Shown here: piece by piece, positions 8,799 through 17,476 of the stretch
How positions within the stretch are numbered: position 1 is the first letter of the stretch
Layout of the letters: each line of letters begins with the position of its first letter
DNA from: a virus
Direction: 5' to 3' (one strand)
Length of the DNA: 64,000 bases
IMG/VR virus record: IMGVR_UViG_3300047491_001507
Made by a program: the position numbers and the translations under genes
The notes under the pieces: generated by a model
What the model was told of the DNA's origin: nothing
The model's input: the letters and a program-made list of their open reading frames with translations, nothing else
The model's database searches: none

Positions 8799-9148
8799 TC
8801 GTTGACAGACGAGAATTTGATTTTTTTACCGTAGAGGCAAAGAAAAATACTAACCATGTAGATTTTATAATTTACGAGGGAATAGGATATCTGGAAGCTT
8901 TTGAAAAACAAATAGAACTAGGCATCGATCCAGCACTTGGTCCTAATTATGACGACGGGCCATTGGTTAAAGGCTATGTTAAATGGGATGGATGTTCAAA
9001 TTGGGACTTCCCTCATGAGGCCAATACAACTCATCCATTGCATTTTTGTGGTAAACTAGAAGCAGCATGTTTTGGCAAAATGATTGTTGAACTTTATGAG
9101 TGGGCGGCTGAATTGATGCCAGAACATAAAAGCATGATATTAGAATAA
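8795..9148 (+). CDS. hypothetical protein
   Basis: 117-aa ORF; ATGA overlap. Confidence 0.5.
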   Translation: MIVDRREFDFFTVEAKKNTNHVDFIIYEGIGYLEAFEKQIELGIDPALGPNYDDGPLVKGYVKWDGCSNWDFPHEANTTHPLHFCGKLEAACFGKMIVELYEWAAELMPEHKSMILE

Positions 9149-9156
9149 ACACACTT

Positions 9157-9471
9157 ATGAAAGGGTTGAAAATGTACGTTTTTGTATCGTTTAGCAATGT
9201 AGATACTAAGAAAAATCTTGGCTGTTGTATTGTTCGGAGCAATGAAGAAAATTGGCTTGATGATTGTGATAGATTAGGTCTAAGACCAAATGGAGCAAAT
9301 AATATTATAGGCTATCCATTAAACGAAGAAGAATTTCAAGCACAAGGAATAGAATTGAATCGTTTTTATACTCGTGAAGAAATGCTTCAAGAAGGCTTTG
9401 AAAAAATAAGTCCAAACAATGAAACGCATAGCGTTCACCGATTCGTTTGTGTCAAAGAAAGAACAACATGA
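9157..9471 (+). CDS. hypothetical protein
   Basis: 104-aa ORF in the + gene chain. Confidence 0.45.
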   Translation: MKGLKMYVFVSFSNVDTKKNLGCCIVRSNEENWLDDCDRLGLRPNGANNIIGYPLNEEEFQAQGIELNRFYTREEMLQEGFEKISPNNETHSVHRFVCVKERTT

Positions 9472-10022
9472 TTATACCAATCTGGACTGATGTGGATGGC
9501 AAAGACTGGGAAGAATGCCTGTCTGATCTAAATCTTATTGATTTACTTATCGAGGCTTATGCTAAACAATTAAAGAATGATGTTTTTCAGTATTTACAGG
9601 ATCAAGGACATCAGCCTGTTCCCGTAATGCCACAACGTATGTCAGCGGACGTTGCTCAGTTTATTGGGAATAATGAGATTTTGGCTGAAGCCATCAAAGT
9701 CTGCAAGGAAAAAATCAAGATACAAAATGAAAAGGATGCATGTGAAGCTTGGGCTAGACATGAAGCATGGATTGATGGTCCATATAAGAAAAATTGTCAA
9801 AAAGCCCGCAATCTTGGCATACAAGCCAGAAAAGATGGATTGCCAAGGATTTGTAATATTACTGATGATCCTGAACTTTGCCATAACGGTACGATTTTCA
9901 GATGTTATGCTGATGCTTGGTGTTCTGGTTGGGATGGATTTACTATTCCTAAAGAATTTCTTCAAGTAGAACAAAATTTAGCCAAATTGCCAACAAGACC
10001 AATGACCGAAGAGGATTTCTAA
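9468..10022 (+). CDS. hypothetical Cys-rich protein
   Basis: ORF 9447..10022 trimmed to the ATG at 9468; TAATG junction with coaC. Confidence 0.5.
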   Translation: MIIPIWTDVDGKDWEECLSDLNLIDLLIEAYAKQLKNDVFQYLQDQGHQPVPVMPQRMSADVAQFIGNNEILAEAIKVCKEKIKIQNEKDACEAWARHEAWIDGPYKKNCQKARNLGIQARKDGLPRICNITDDPELCHNGTIFRCYADAWCSGWDGFTIPKEFLQVEQNLAKLPTRPMTEEDF

Positions 10023-11131
10023 TGTACAACATTCTTCTAGGCGTCACAGGTAGCGTAGCTTCCACCCTGACAGTAAAAATTGTTAAAGCTTTGCAAAGCT
10101 TAGGAGAAGTACGGGTTATTGCCACTAAATGTGGGGAACAATTCCTACGTCCCGAAGACAAAATTGAAATTGGCAAAGTTTATCTGGAAGAAGATGAATG
10201 GCCTGATTTCTATTGGGAAAAAGATGATCCCGTCATGCACATTGAACTGCGTAAGTGGGCAAGTGCTTTAGTAATTGCTCCATTATCCGCCAATACAATG
10301 GCAAAAATGGTTCATGGAATTTGCGATAATTTGCTAACAAGTGTTTTTCGTGCTTGGGATCACCAAAGACCCGTAATTGTGGCTCCTGCCATGAATTCCA
10401 TTATGTGGGAGAATAATCCTACAGGAAATCAAGTAGAAATTTTGAAGAATTGGGGTATTAAGGTTGTGTCTCCACAATCTAAAGTTTTAGCCTGTGGAGA
10501 CGAGGGCATAGGTGCTATGGCAGATATTTCTAAAATAGTGGAAGTAACTGCCGCTAGTTTGGTTTGGGATTTCCCGTTAAAAACTATCTATGGAGTTCCA
10601 ACTTGCAATGGAATTCCTATCAATCATCATCCAGGGGCTTTTGGGTTTCACCGAAAACACAATTTCCATACAGGCGTTGACCTTTATACTGAAGACAAGG
10701 CTTCAGTGAGTGCGGTAGAAAATGGCAGAATAGTAAAATTGGAGCAATTTACTGGCCCAGAAGTAGGTCATGAATGGTGGGAGAAAACCTGGGGATTGAT
10801 GATTGAAGGACCGTCTGGAGTAGTAAATTATGGCGAAATCAGCATGCCGCCTTCGTGGATTAATGTAGGTGATAAAGTCATCAAAGGACAATATATTGGT
10901 AGTGTGAAACGGGTTTTGTTTCCTGATCGGTTACGTCCTGATATCCCAGGTCATTCATGCAGTATGCTACATATAGAATTGTATAAGCATGGGGTTAGGG
11001 ATTTTACAGGTTGGGAAGATCCTGCCAAAAATCCTGATTTGCTTGATCCTACGCCTTATTTGATTAAGGCAAGATATGCACCAAATAAGACATTAACTTG
11101 GGATAATCCAGAGGGAAAGGAAGTAGGATAA
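10022..11131 (+). CDS. coaC: phosphopantothenoylcysteine decarboxylase (CoaC flavoprotein) fused to a C-terminal M23 (LytM-type) peptidase domain
   Basis: N-terminal half has LLGVTGSVAS, APAMNSIMW (PxMNxxMW) and VLACGDEGIGAM (the ACGD catalytic Cys of PPC-DC); C-terminal half has HTGVDLY...NGRIV and HSCSMLHIELY (HxxxD / HxH M23 motifs). Confidence 0.75.
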   Translation: MYNILLGVTGSVASTLTVKIVKALQSLGEVRVIATKCGEQFLRPEDKIEIGKVYLEEDEWPDFYWEKDDPVMHIELRKWASALVIAPLSANTMAKMVHGICDNLLTSVFRAWDHQRPVIVAPAMNSIMWENNPTGNQVEILKNWGIKVVSPQSKVLACGDEGIGAMADISKIVEVTAASLVWDFPLKTIYGVPTCNGIPINHHPGAFGFHRKHNFHTGVDLYTEDKASVSAVENGRIVKLEQFTGPEVGHEWWEKTWGLMIEGPSGVVNYGEISMPPSWINVGDKVIKGQYIGSVKRVLFPDRLRPDIPGHSCSMLHIELYKHGVRDFTGWEDPAKNPDLLDPTPYLIKARYAPNKTLTWDNPEGKEVG

Positions 11132-11132
11132 T

Positions 11133-11324
11133 ATGCTTAAAATTACACTCAGCAATGGAGCAGAATTTACAGTTGATAAAGAACGATGGACTGAAAATGG
11201 TCTTGTAGGTCACTTTATCATGCCTGATGGCGAACTCACATGTGGAGAATGTGTGTTTTTTCATAAAAATTCTGCCAAAAGAAAATCTGATACACCATAC
11301 ATTGTAATGTTAGTGGAGAAATAA
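11133..11324 (+). CDS. hypothetical small protein
   Basis: 63-aa ORF immediately after coaC. Confidence 0.45.
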   Translation: MLKITLSNGAEFTVDKERWTENGLVGHFIMPDGELTCGECVFFHKNSAKRKSDTPYIVMLVEK

Positions 11325-11626
11325 TGACAGAAGAAAACGAAATTATCAAACAATATCTTGTGGATAATCCTTATGATCCAAACGACCCAAGTACTTTGCC
11401 GCCAGGATGGGAAGTTAGATTTAACCGAAGAGGTCGTTTTTATCAATATAAAACCATTGAAGAGGTAGAGCGAAGGAATAACTTGTCGTTTAGCGATGAG
11501 TGGGAAAAAATGAAGGCAAGTATGCAAGAAGGAGACGAGGTTTGGTTGTATGGCAATGATGTAGAAATACTTTGTTTAGTACGAAATAATGAAATCATTA
11601 AAGAAATATGTTTTACGTGTTTATAA
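11324..11626 (+). CDS. hypothetical protein
   Basis: 100-aa ORF. Confidence 0.5.
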   Translation: MTEENEIIKQYLVDNPYDPNDPSTLPPGWEVRFNRRGRFYQYKTIEEVERRNNLSFSDEWEKMKASMQEGDEVWLYGNDVEILCLVRNNEIIKEICFTCL

Positions 11627-11636
11627 GGAGATTTAC

Positions 11637-11918
11637 ATGATTACTGGAGAAGGGGGGTTTATCAGTAGGATGATGCCGCCTACTGATTGGAATCATGGTC
11701 CGATACCGGTAGAGTGTTTTGATAAGTCACTAAGTAAACAACAGATATTTGAAATGCTAAAATCTGTCTATCTTGAGCCAGATCGTGTTAGGAAATTGGC
11801 AGCAAGTGATGATGAAACAGAAATTTGGCGTACAAAATTTGCTATAGAAATTGTAGCAGAAATGGATGCTGATACGATTTGGTTTTTCAATTTGCAGAAT
11901 GAGAAGGAATCGGGATAA
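11637..11918 (+). CDS. hypothetical protein
   Basis: ORF 11589.. trimmed to the ATG at 11637 preceded by an AAGGAG SD. Confidence 0.5.
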   Translation: MITGEGGFISRMMPPTDWNHGPIPVECFDKSLSKQQIFEMLKSVYLEPDRVRKLAASDDETEIWRTKFAIEIVAEMDADTIWFFNLQNEKESG

Positions 11919-12196
11919 TGCGTATTTTTGACTGTGACCAAGACCAAGAAAAGATGAAAGGAACGCATGGTTTTGGCTATGATACAGAGTTTGGCACAGG
12001 CACAGGTTATGGCCGAGGCAATGGCGGCGGTCCTTGTGATGGAATATTGTCAGATTGCAATGGGCTTGGTGACGTATGTGGCCGTGGACATGGAAACGGC
12101 ATGTATGAAACTAATTATGGATTTCCCGAAAGTTGCAATAAAATCTTTGAAATTCCCAAATTGGCTGGAACTTTCGGTTTAGAAGTATATGATTGA
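11918..12196 (+). CDS. Gly-rich GxGxG small protein family member
   Basis: GFGYDTEFGTGTGYGRGNGGGPCDG...GHGNG low-complexity, like the 55-62 kb array. Confidence 0.5.
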   Translation: MRIFDCDQDQEKMKGTHGFGYDTEFGTGTGYGRGNGGGPCDGILSDCNGLGDVCGRGHGNGMYETNYGFPESCNKIFEIPKLAGTFGLEVYD

Positions 12197-12205
12197 GGAA
12201 AAATA

Positions 12206-12541
12206 ATGAAAGAAAAATTATTCAAAGAATGTTATGATTCTGTTGTTGCCAGAGGCAAAACAATAAAAAAATTAGAGAAACGGATTAGCAAACTTCGCCG
12301 TAAAAGTGCTAGTCAGCATCGTTATTTGAGCAAACCAAGAGTTAAAGTAACAATTGCCAATGCAGAAGAAGAAAATGTTGTTTTGCAAATGCAAATTGCA
12401 CAATTGGAAAATGCCAATAAAGTTTTGAAAAAACAGGTCGAAGAACTGAAAAGTCATCGCATGAGTAAAATGGATCTATATTTGATTAGATTCTGTATGA
12501 TATCCTTGGTTGCAGTTGCAGTATACATTTGTTGTCGATAA
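12206..12541 (+). CDS. RKSASQH-motif family protein with coiled coil and C-terminal TM
   Basis: GKTIKKLEKRISKLRRKSASQHRYL is shared with 13666.., 29587.. and 29751.. Confidence 0.5.
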   Translation: MKEKLFKECYDSVVARGKTIKKLEKRISKLRRKSASQHRYLSKPRVKVTIANAEEENVVLQMQIAQLENANKVLKKQVEELKSHRMSKMDLYLIRFCMISLVAVAVYICCR

Positions 12542-12551
12542 AGGAAAAAAT

Positions 12552-13187
12552 ATGCCTAGATTTGAATTTGATGCAACTTGGAAAATGTCTGGGAACGTCT
12601 CAGTAGAAGCAGAAAATCTAGAAGATGCTTTAGGAAAAGTAAGGACTGAAGTGCCGGTTTTTGAAAATGGCAATTTTGTTCTTGGTTCGCTAGAGCCAAA
12701 TTTAGAAATTTTGACAAATCTTTTGATTCAAAATATTAATCAAAATTTAGAAGAATTAACTCGATTAAAAGCCACCACAAAAGATGCGGTTTATAACGAA
12801 TTAAGAAAACTGCTTTTCCCTCATACGTATTTGTTATTGTGGCCTGAAATGAAAGCTGAATGTACTGTTGCAGATGCTTTTGTGGAGAAAATGAAAGCTG
12901 ACGACAAGATAGATCCAGATGAAGCTTTTTGTCAGGCAATAGATGCCATAAGAGAATATATGAGTCAAAATTACCTCTCAACATTTGAGGTTATTAAACA
13001 ATTTGGAGATTATTTTGTAGGCGATTGTACGGCAAAAACAAATTACGAATGTGGAAGTCTTTATAAAACTTGTAAGTGTGCCTTTCACAGAGCACTAAAT
13101 GCTTTTGTGAAATATATAGAAATCACTGGGAAGAAGCCATCTGAAGCCTTGGGAGAAGTTAGGGTTTTTTTGCTCAATAAGGGTTGA
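12552..13187 (+). CDS. hypothetical protein
   Basis: ORF 12510.. trimmed to the ATG at 12552 with an AAGGAAAA SD. Confidence 0.55.
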   Translation: MPRFEFDATWKMSGNVSVEAENLEDALGKVRTEVPVFENGNFVLGSLEPNLEILTNLLIQNINQNLEELTRLKATTKDAVYNELRKLLFPHTYLLLWPEMKAECTVADAFVEKMKADDKIDPDEAFCQAIDAIREYMSQNYLSTFEVIKQFGDYFVGDCTAKTNYECGSLYKTCKCAFHRALNAFVKYIEITGKKPSEALGEVRVFLLNKG

Positions 13188-13278
13188 AAAATCGCCAAAT
13201 TAGTATTGCCTTGAAAATTGCATTCTGGTATTATCTTTGAAATCGATTTTGGTTCACAATTTTTAGGAAGGAGCCATT

Positions 13279-13593
13279 ATGGCTAAAAAAGTTGCGTCGA
13301 AGAAAGTTGCGAAGCGTTATGTCATCGTCCGCACCTACTCTGCTGGAGTATTTGCAGGCATTCTAGAATCTCGTTCAGGACGAGAAGTCGTGATGACAAA
13401 TGCCAGGAGAATTTGGTACTGGGAAGGTGCTGCTTCTCTTTCTGAATTGGCCCAGAGAGGCACGAGCAAGCCTGACAAGTGTAAGTTTCCCTGTCCAGTA
13501 GACAGAGTGGAACTTCTGGAAGCAATTGAAATTCTGGATTGCACTCCTGAGGCTCGTGCTAATATTGAGAGCGTGCCAGTTTGGTCTGCATGA
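13279..13593 (+). CDS. hypothetical protein on a GC-rich island
   Basis: AGGAG SD; local GC is clearly above that of the surroundings; a hairpin follows. Confidence 0.5.
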   Translation: MAKKVASKKVAKRYVIVRTYSAGVFAGILESRSGREVVMTNARRIWYWEGAASLSELAQRGTSKPDKCKFPCPVDRVELLEAIEILDCTPEARANIESVPVWSA

Positions 13594-13609
13594 TTTTCGG
13601 TTTGTCTCT

Positions 13610-13655
13610 GGCGGATTTGTTCTTTTTTGGGGGCAAATCCGCCACTTCGTTTTTG
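13610..13655 (+). terminator. possible intrinsic terminator hairpin
   Basis: GGCGGATTT...AAATCCGCC 9-bp stem followed by a TTTTT run downstream. Confidence 0.3.
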
Positions 13656-13665
13656 GAGTGAAAAA

Positions 13666-13884
13666 ATGAGTCTTTATGAAAAATTGGAAGTGGCTCAAGC
13701 AGGCTTAGACGAATCCAAAAAAGATACAAAATCCACAGAAATAAAACGGTTAGGTAAATTAATCAATAGACTTCAGAGGAAGCTTTCAAAGAAAAACAGG
13801 AAAAGTGCATCCCAGCATCGAACTCTTGTTAAATTGCATAGAACAATTGAAGATCAAGTAGACTTTCAAGGAAAAAAATTATGA
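13666..13884 (+). CDS. RKSASQH-motif family small protein
   Basis: LINRLQRKLSKKNRKSASQHRTL; GGAGTGAAAAA SD before the ATG at 13666. Confidence 0.45.
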   Translation: MSLYEKLEVAQAGLDESKKDTKSTEIKRLGKLINRLQRKLSKKNRKSASQHRTLVKLHRTIEDQVDFQGKKL

Positions 13885-14120
13885 AAAAATGGATATTTGG
13901 CATTTTGCCGTTACTAGCGTTTGTATTAATTCCATTGACATTTACTAGTTGTGATTTTACTGAGACATCATACGAAAATAATATTGAAGTCTTGGAATTT
14001 TCCCATAATGGACATCAATATCTGAAGTTTTATTTTCCAGAACATCTTGCCGACACAGGTACAGTTCATAATCCTGATTGTCCTTGTTTTAAGGAAAAAT
14101 CAAATGGGAAAACACCATGA
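13881..14120 (+). CDS. putative lipoprotein or secreted small protein
   Basis: Signal peptide with a lipobox-like LTFTSC. Confidence 0.5.
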   Translation: MKKWIFGILPLLAFVLIPLTFTSCDFTETSYENNIEVLEFSHNGHQYLKFYFPEHLADTGTVHNPDCPCFKEKSNGKTP

Positions 14121-14359
14121 GTCAACCAATAAAATCCGATGATCCAGCAATACGATTATTAAAAGATGATTTTATTTCAATTCCTACTGTTTTTCGAAAA
14201 GGATGTTATATCTGCGAAGATCCAGAGTATGCTCGGATGGGACTGCCATTATGCAGATCTTGTCCAAAATGTGGACATCGTGGTGGTGGGCATATTCCTG
14301 CTGATGATTCTATTTGTGATGAATGTGGGTATGATGAGGAACATGAAAGTGAACAATGA
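14117..14359 (+). CDS. zinc-finger small protein
   Basis: CYIC...CRSCPKCGH...CDECGY. Confidence 0.5.
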   Translation: MSQPIKSDDPAIRLLKDDFISIPTVFRKGCYICEDPEYARMGLPLCRSCPKCGHRGGGHIPADDSICDECGYDEEHESEQ

Positions 14360-14537
14360 GCGTTCCCAGGTGGTTAAATTGACATTTCGAGTCAGAGACA
14401 CTAATCGTTGTGGGAATTGTTCTCATTATTATGTGGATTGGTCGGCACAATCGCCACGATGCAGATTATGTGATCGAATTACGCCAGATCCTCAATTCGG
14501 CATTTGTGATGAGTGGGAAATGGAATCAGGAGGTTAA
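14344..14537 (+). CDS. zinc-ribbon small protein
   Basis: C-terminal part of ORF 14166..14537 starting at the ATG at 14344; CGNC...CRLC. Confidence 0.4.
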
Positions 14538-14538
14538 C

Positions 14539-14817
14539 ATGAAATTCCCTATTCACGTTCTGAAACAGACTGATGACAATTGGGGACCTTCATTTAAAGT
14601 TGAAGGTGCCCACCTTAAATTCGTGGAAGTCAGTCTGCTTAAAGGTCCACACAAATCTGGTTTTCGAGTTTGTGCTTGGGGAGATGATGATTATGGGTTG
14701 GAAAAAGATTTTACATATGCCGAAAGAGGACATGCTGTACAACACTTTATTCAAATCATTTCTCTAGAAAAAGTGAATGTAGATATTTTGAAAAAAATGG
14801 GATTTCGTCAAGCTTGA
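14539..14817 (+). CDS. hypothetical protein
   Basis: GGAGG SD before the ATG at 14539 (ORF 14410.. trimmed). Confidence 0.5.
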   Translation: MKFPIHVLKQTDDNWGPSFKVEGAHLKFVEVSLLKGPHKSGFRVCAWGDDDYGLEKDFTYAERGHAVQHFIQIISLEKVNVDILKKMGFRQA

Positions 14818-14824
14818 GGTAAAA

Positions 14825-15178
14825 ATGAATCAGAGTATTGAACTTTTAACAAAATTTATTGAAGAAAAACAACGCAAAAAGAATGACACCAACGCTGTGT
14901 TGGATGGAATTATTAAATTTCTTGACGAAGTTAGTCATTTGCGTATAAAAAGTAAAAGAGTTAAAGATTATGTAAAGTTTTCAGCAGGCAATATAAGGAT
15001 TGATATACTTACAATAATATTAGATTTTGCTGCTGTTTGTGACGATGATGGAAACTCGTATATCGTTCAACGACATGCAAATCGTTTGCTTGATTTGGAG
15101 ACTATGGCAAAGGTCTCTGAAGAAGAAGCAATTAAATCTATTATGGAATTGCTTTATAGAAGCGGAGTTGAACTGTAA
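14825..15178 (+). CDS. hypothetical protein, paralog pair with 15178..15615
   Basis: IELLTKFIEEKQRKK...GIIKFLDEV..LRI matches IELLKQHKQRKK...GIIDFLKDVAGLRI. Confidence 0.5.
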   Translation: MNQSIELLTKFIEEKQRKKNDTNAVLDGIIKFLDEVSHLRIKSKRVKDYVKFSAGNIRIDILTIILDFAAVCDDDGNSYIVQRHANRLLDLETMAKVSEEEAIKSIMELLYRSGVEL

Positions 15179-15615
15179 TGGCCGCTTGTCTTGAATGCGG
15201 AACAAATTTGCCCCCTTTGAGGACTAGTGTTTACCATTGTCAAAAGTGTGATGATAAATTTTGGAAAGAGGATGAAAGCATGACCAACAAAAGCATTGAA
15301 CTTCTAAAACAACACAAACAAAGAAAAAAAGAAGACTTAGAAAGACAAAAGGCAGCTTTAAAAGGAATTATAGATTTTCTTAAAGATGTTGCTGGATTGC
15401 GTATACATAAAGGAACGGTGAGAGATTTTTTCTCTATCGACACAGACAGAGTTACAATTTCTGTTGATAGCATTGCAAAGCCTTTAATTTTTTATAGCAC
15501 TTGGTCTTATCCAAATCACTATCAAATTACTAATGGAAAAGGAACAGTAACCGAAGAAGAAGCTATAAAACAAATTATGGATGTACTTTTGAAGCATCAT
15601 GTAGTAATCCCTTAG
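15178..15615 (+). CDS. hypothetical protein with N-terminal zinc ribbon, paralog of 14825..15178
   Basis: CLECG...CQKC, then the shared domain. Confidence 0.5.
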   Translation: MAACLECGTNLPPLRTSVYHCQKCDDKFWKEDESMTNKSIELLKQHKQRKKEDLERQKAALKGIIDFLKDVAGLRIHKGTVRDFFSIDTDRVTISVDSIAKPLIFYSTWSYPNHYQITNGKGTVTEEEAIKQIMDVLLKHHVVIP

Positions 15616-15619
15616 AAAA

Positions 15620-15874
15620 ATGACGTACATTACTCCTCAAGATATATTTGCTCGTTTAGTTCGCCGTCATCCTCATTGGTTTGAAGGTTCGCCAAAAGTA
15701 GAATTAGTGGGCGAAAATCATGATTTTGGTACTTTGAGCTTTGATTTTGGCGACGAAATAGTTGAATATCGACTTTATATCGATGATCGAGATGAAATAC
15801 TGGCTACTGCTCAGTATTTTATAGAACATTACCAACAAATGTGTAAAGAAGAATGGAATGAATACAAGCATTGA
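15620..15874 (+). CDS. hypothetical protein
   Basis: 84-aa ORF. Confidence 0.5.
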   Translation: MTYITPQDIFARLVRRHPHWFEGSPKVELVGENHDFGTLSFDFGDEIVEYRLYIDDRDEILATAQYFIEHYQQMCKEEWNEYKH

Positions 15875-15892
15875 CCCAGGAGATGGAGCAGC

Positions 15893-16267
15893 ATGAAAAC
15901 TGCTAATCTGTTTCAAAGCGTGTGGTATATATGCCCTCAGTGTGGTGTGGAAAATACTGTTTGCTGTACAGATCCGCTTTTTAACAAAGGATTTAAATGC
16001 TCTGGCTGTCAATCGACTTGGACTTGTGATGGGCTTTTTACCTTGTGTTATGATGGCACTCCAGTTCCACCAAAAGATAAAATGGCAGTGGCTGGGATAT
16101 GGTACTGTGAATGTGGACGCAAAAATTTAATTTTACCCCGAACAGAAAAAATTGTAAAATATAGCGATAGTGACAGATGCTGCATTGAATACGTGGAAAT
16201 TCCAAAATACGGTTTGTGTGAAGACTGTTTTGCTGAATATGATTTAACTACAAGTGAGGAAAAATGA
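15893..16267 (+). CDS. Cys-rich zinc-binding protein (intact copy of a duplicated gene)
   Basis: CPQCGVENTV...GFKCSGCQSTW...YCECGRKNLILPR...GLCEDC. Confidence 0.5.
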   Translation: MKTANLFQSVWYICPQCGVENTVCCTDPLFNKGFKCSGCQSTWTCDGLFTLCYDGTPVPPKDKMAVAGIWYCECGRKNLILPRTEKIVKYSDSDRCCIEYVEIPKYGLCEDCFAEYDLTTSEEK

Positions 16268-16684
16268 AAACTACAACATCGTTTAATTGCCTATGGTATG
16301 TGTGTCCAGAATGCGGCACAGAAAACACAGTAAACATTTTAAATAATCCTGCGTTGTGCTCAGGATTTAAATGTTAGTGGTTGTGAGTCAGTTTGGACTT
16401 ATATCAAGTTGTGCCGTGAATATTTTGATGGCACTCCAGTTCCGCCAAGAGACAAATTGTTTGCAGGAGCATTGGAGTGGCATTGTGAATGTGGACGAAA
16501 AAATATCATTTTGCCAAGAATAACAAAAGTAGAGACTGTAAAAGTAGATGAAGACCTGAATCGACAAACAGAACATATAGAAGACTCAAAATTTGGTTTG
16601 TGTGAAGATTGTCATGCTGAATATGAATTAGAAAATGAACATTCTAAGATCATTTCATGTATGTTCAATTCGGAGGAAGAATGA
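16264..16684 (+). pseudogene. frameshifted tandem paralog of 15893..16267
   Basis: The N-terminal 38 codons (CPECGTEN...GFKC) run into a TAG at 16375; homology resumes in the +1 frame (SGCESVW...ECGRKNIILPR...GLCEDC = ORF 16409..16684). Confidence 0.5.
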
Positions 16685-16845
16685 GCATTGCCAAAGATCT
16701 TCTTGAAGGATTGGAAGAATTTCTGGATAAATTGAAGAGTGGCAAACCCATCAAGACCACTCGTGTCACTCGCAAAATGACACCAGACGGTCCCATGCAT
16801 GAGTTTTCCGAATCGGAAATCAAGCCAAAAGAAAAGAAGCAATAA
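16681..16845 (+). CDS. hypothetical small protein
   Basis: ORF 16657.. trimmed to the ATG at 16681 with a GGAGG SD. Confidence 0.4.
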   Translation: MSIAKDLLEGLEEFLDKLKSGKPIKTTRVTRKMTPDGPMHEFSESEIKPKEKKQ

Positions 16846-17175
16846 ATGACCAAATTAAAAATGGAAGATTTGTTGAAAAAACATGGACATGATTTTACTT
16901 GTAGATCAGGTTTTGGTTTTGGTGATGATTCTGCTTGTGGTGGCGATAAAAAGGGTACTGGTAAAGGATGTGGTTTTGCTGTAGGTGCTGGCACAATATC
17001 TGATCAAAATTCTGCCACTTTCAGAGATGATATTTATAATGGAGGAGGTTATGGAGGAGGTTATGGAGGAATTGAAGGGTTTGGAAACCACAATGGTCAA
17101 GACTCATTTGATTATTTTGGCTATGGACAGAGAACAGGACTTTTCGGAACGGAAGATGGCAGAGGCATAGGATGA
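16846..17175 (+). CDS. Gly-rich GxGxG small protein family member
   Basis: GFGFGDDSACGGDKKGTGKGCGFAVGAG...GGGYGGGYGG. Confidence 0.5.
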   Translation: MTKLKMEDLLKKHGHDFTCRSGFGFGDDSACGGDKKGTGKGCGFAVGAGTISDQNSATFRDDIYNGGGYGGGYGGIEGFGNHNGQDSFDYFGYGQRTGLFGTEDGRGIG

Positions 17176-17462
17176 TTTACAGAGATTTTGGTAGCGGCTG
17201 TCTTTCTGGTAGGGGCGATCTGGAAGGAAGAGGTTATGATGCAAGTGGGGATATAATTTCTTATGGTTATTCCCATGGTGTTCCGCTTGGAAGCGAGAAT
17301 GGACATGGGCATGGTTCAGGTGATGATTGGTTTGTAGGTAAATCTTGGTTTATAGATAAAAAAGGCATTGGCAGTGGCGAAGCTTTTGGTAGTGGAGATA
17401 ATAATGGCAGGGGAGATGGGTCGGGTGGTTTGGGTTTGTCTATAGGCACAGGTCATTCTTAA
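17172..17462 (+). CDS. Gly-rich GxGxG small protein family member
   Basis: GRGDLEGRGYDASGD...GHGHGSGDD...GSGEAFGSGDNNGRGDGSGG. Confidence 0.5.
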   Translation: MIYRDFGSGCLSGRGDLEGRGYDASGDIISYGYSHGVPLGSENGHGHGSGDDWFVGKSWFIDKKGIGSGEAFGSGDNNGRGDGSGGLGLSIGTGHS

Positions 17463-17476
17463 ACAAGGAAACAGAA

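Noticed and set aside
10022-10600. Flavoprotein as a LanD/EpiD-type peptide decarboxylase acting on the Cys-containing Gly-rich peptides
   Set aside because: It carries the CoaC-specific ACGD catalytic-Cys motif. It is accompanied by a genuine CoaB. The Gly-rich proteins do not end in Cys.
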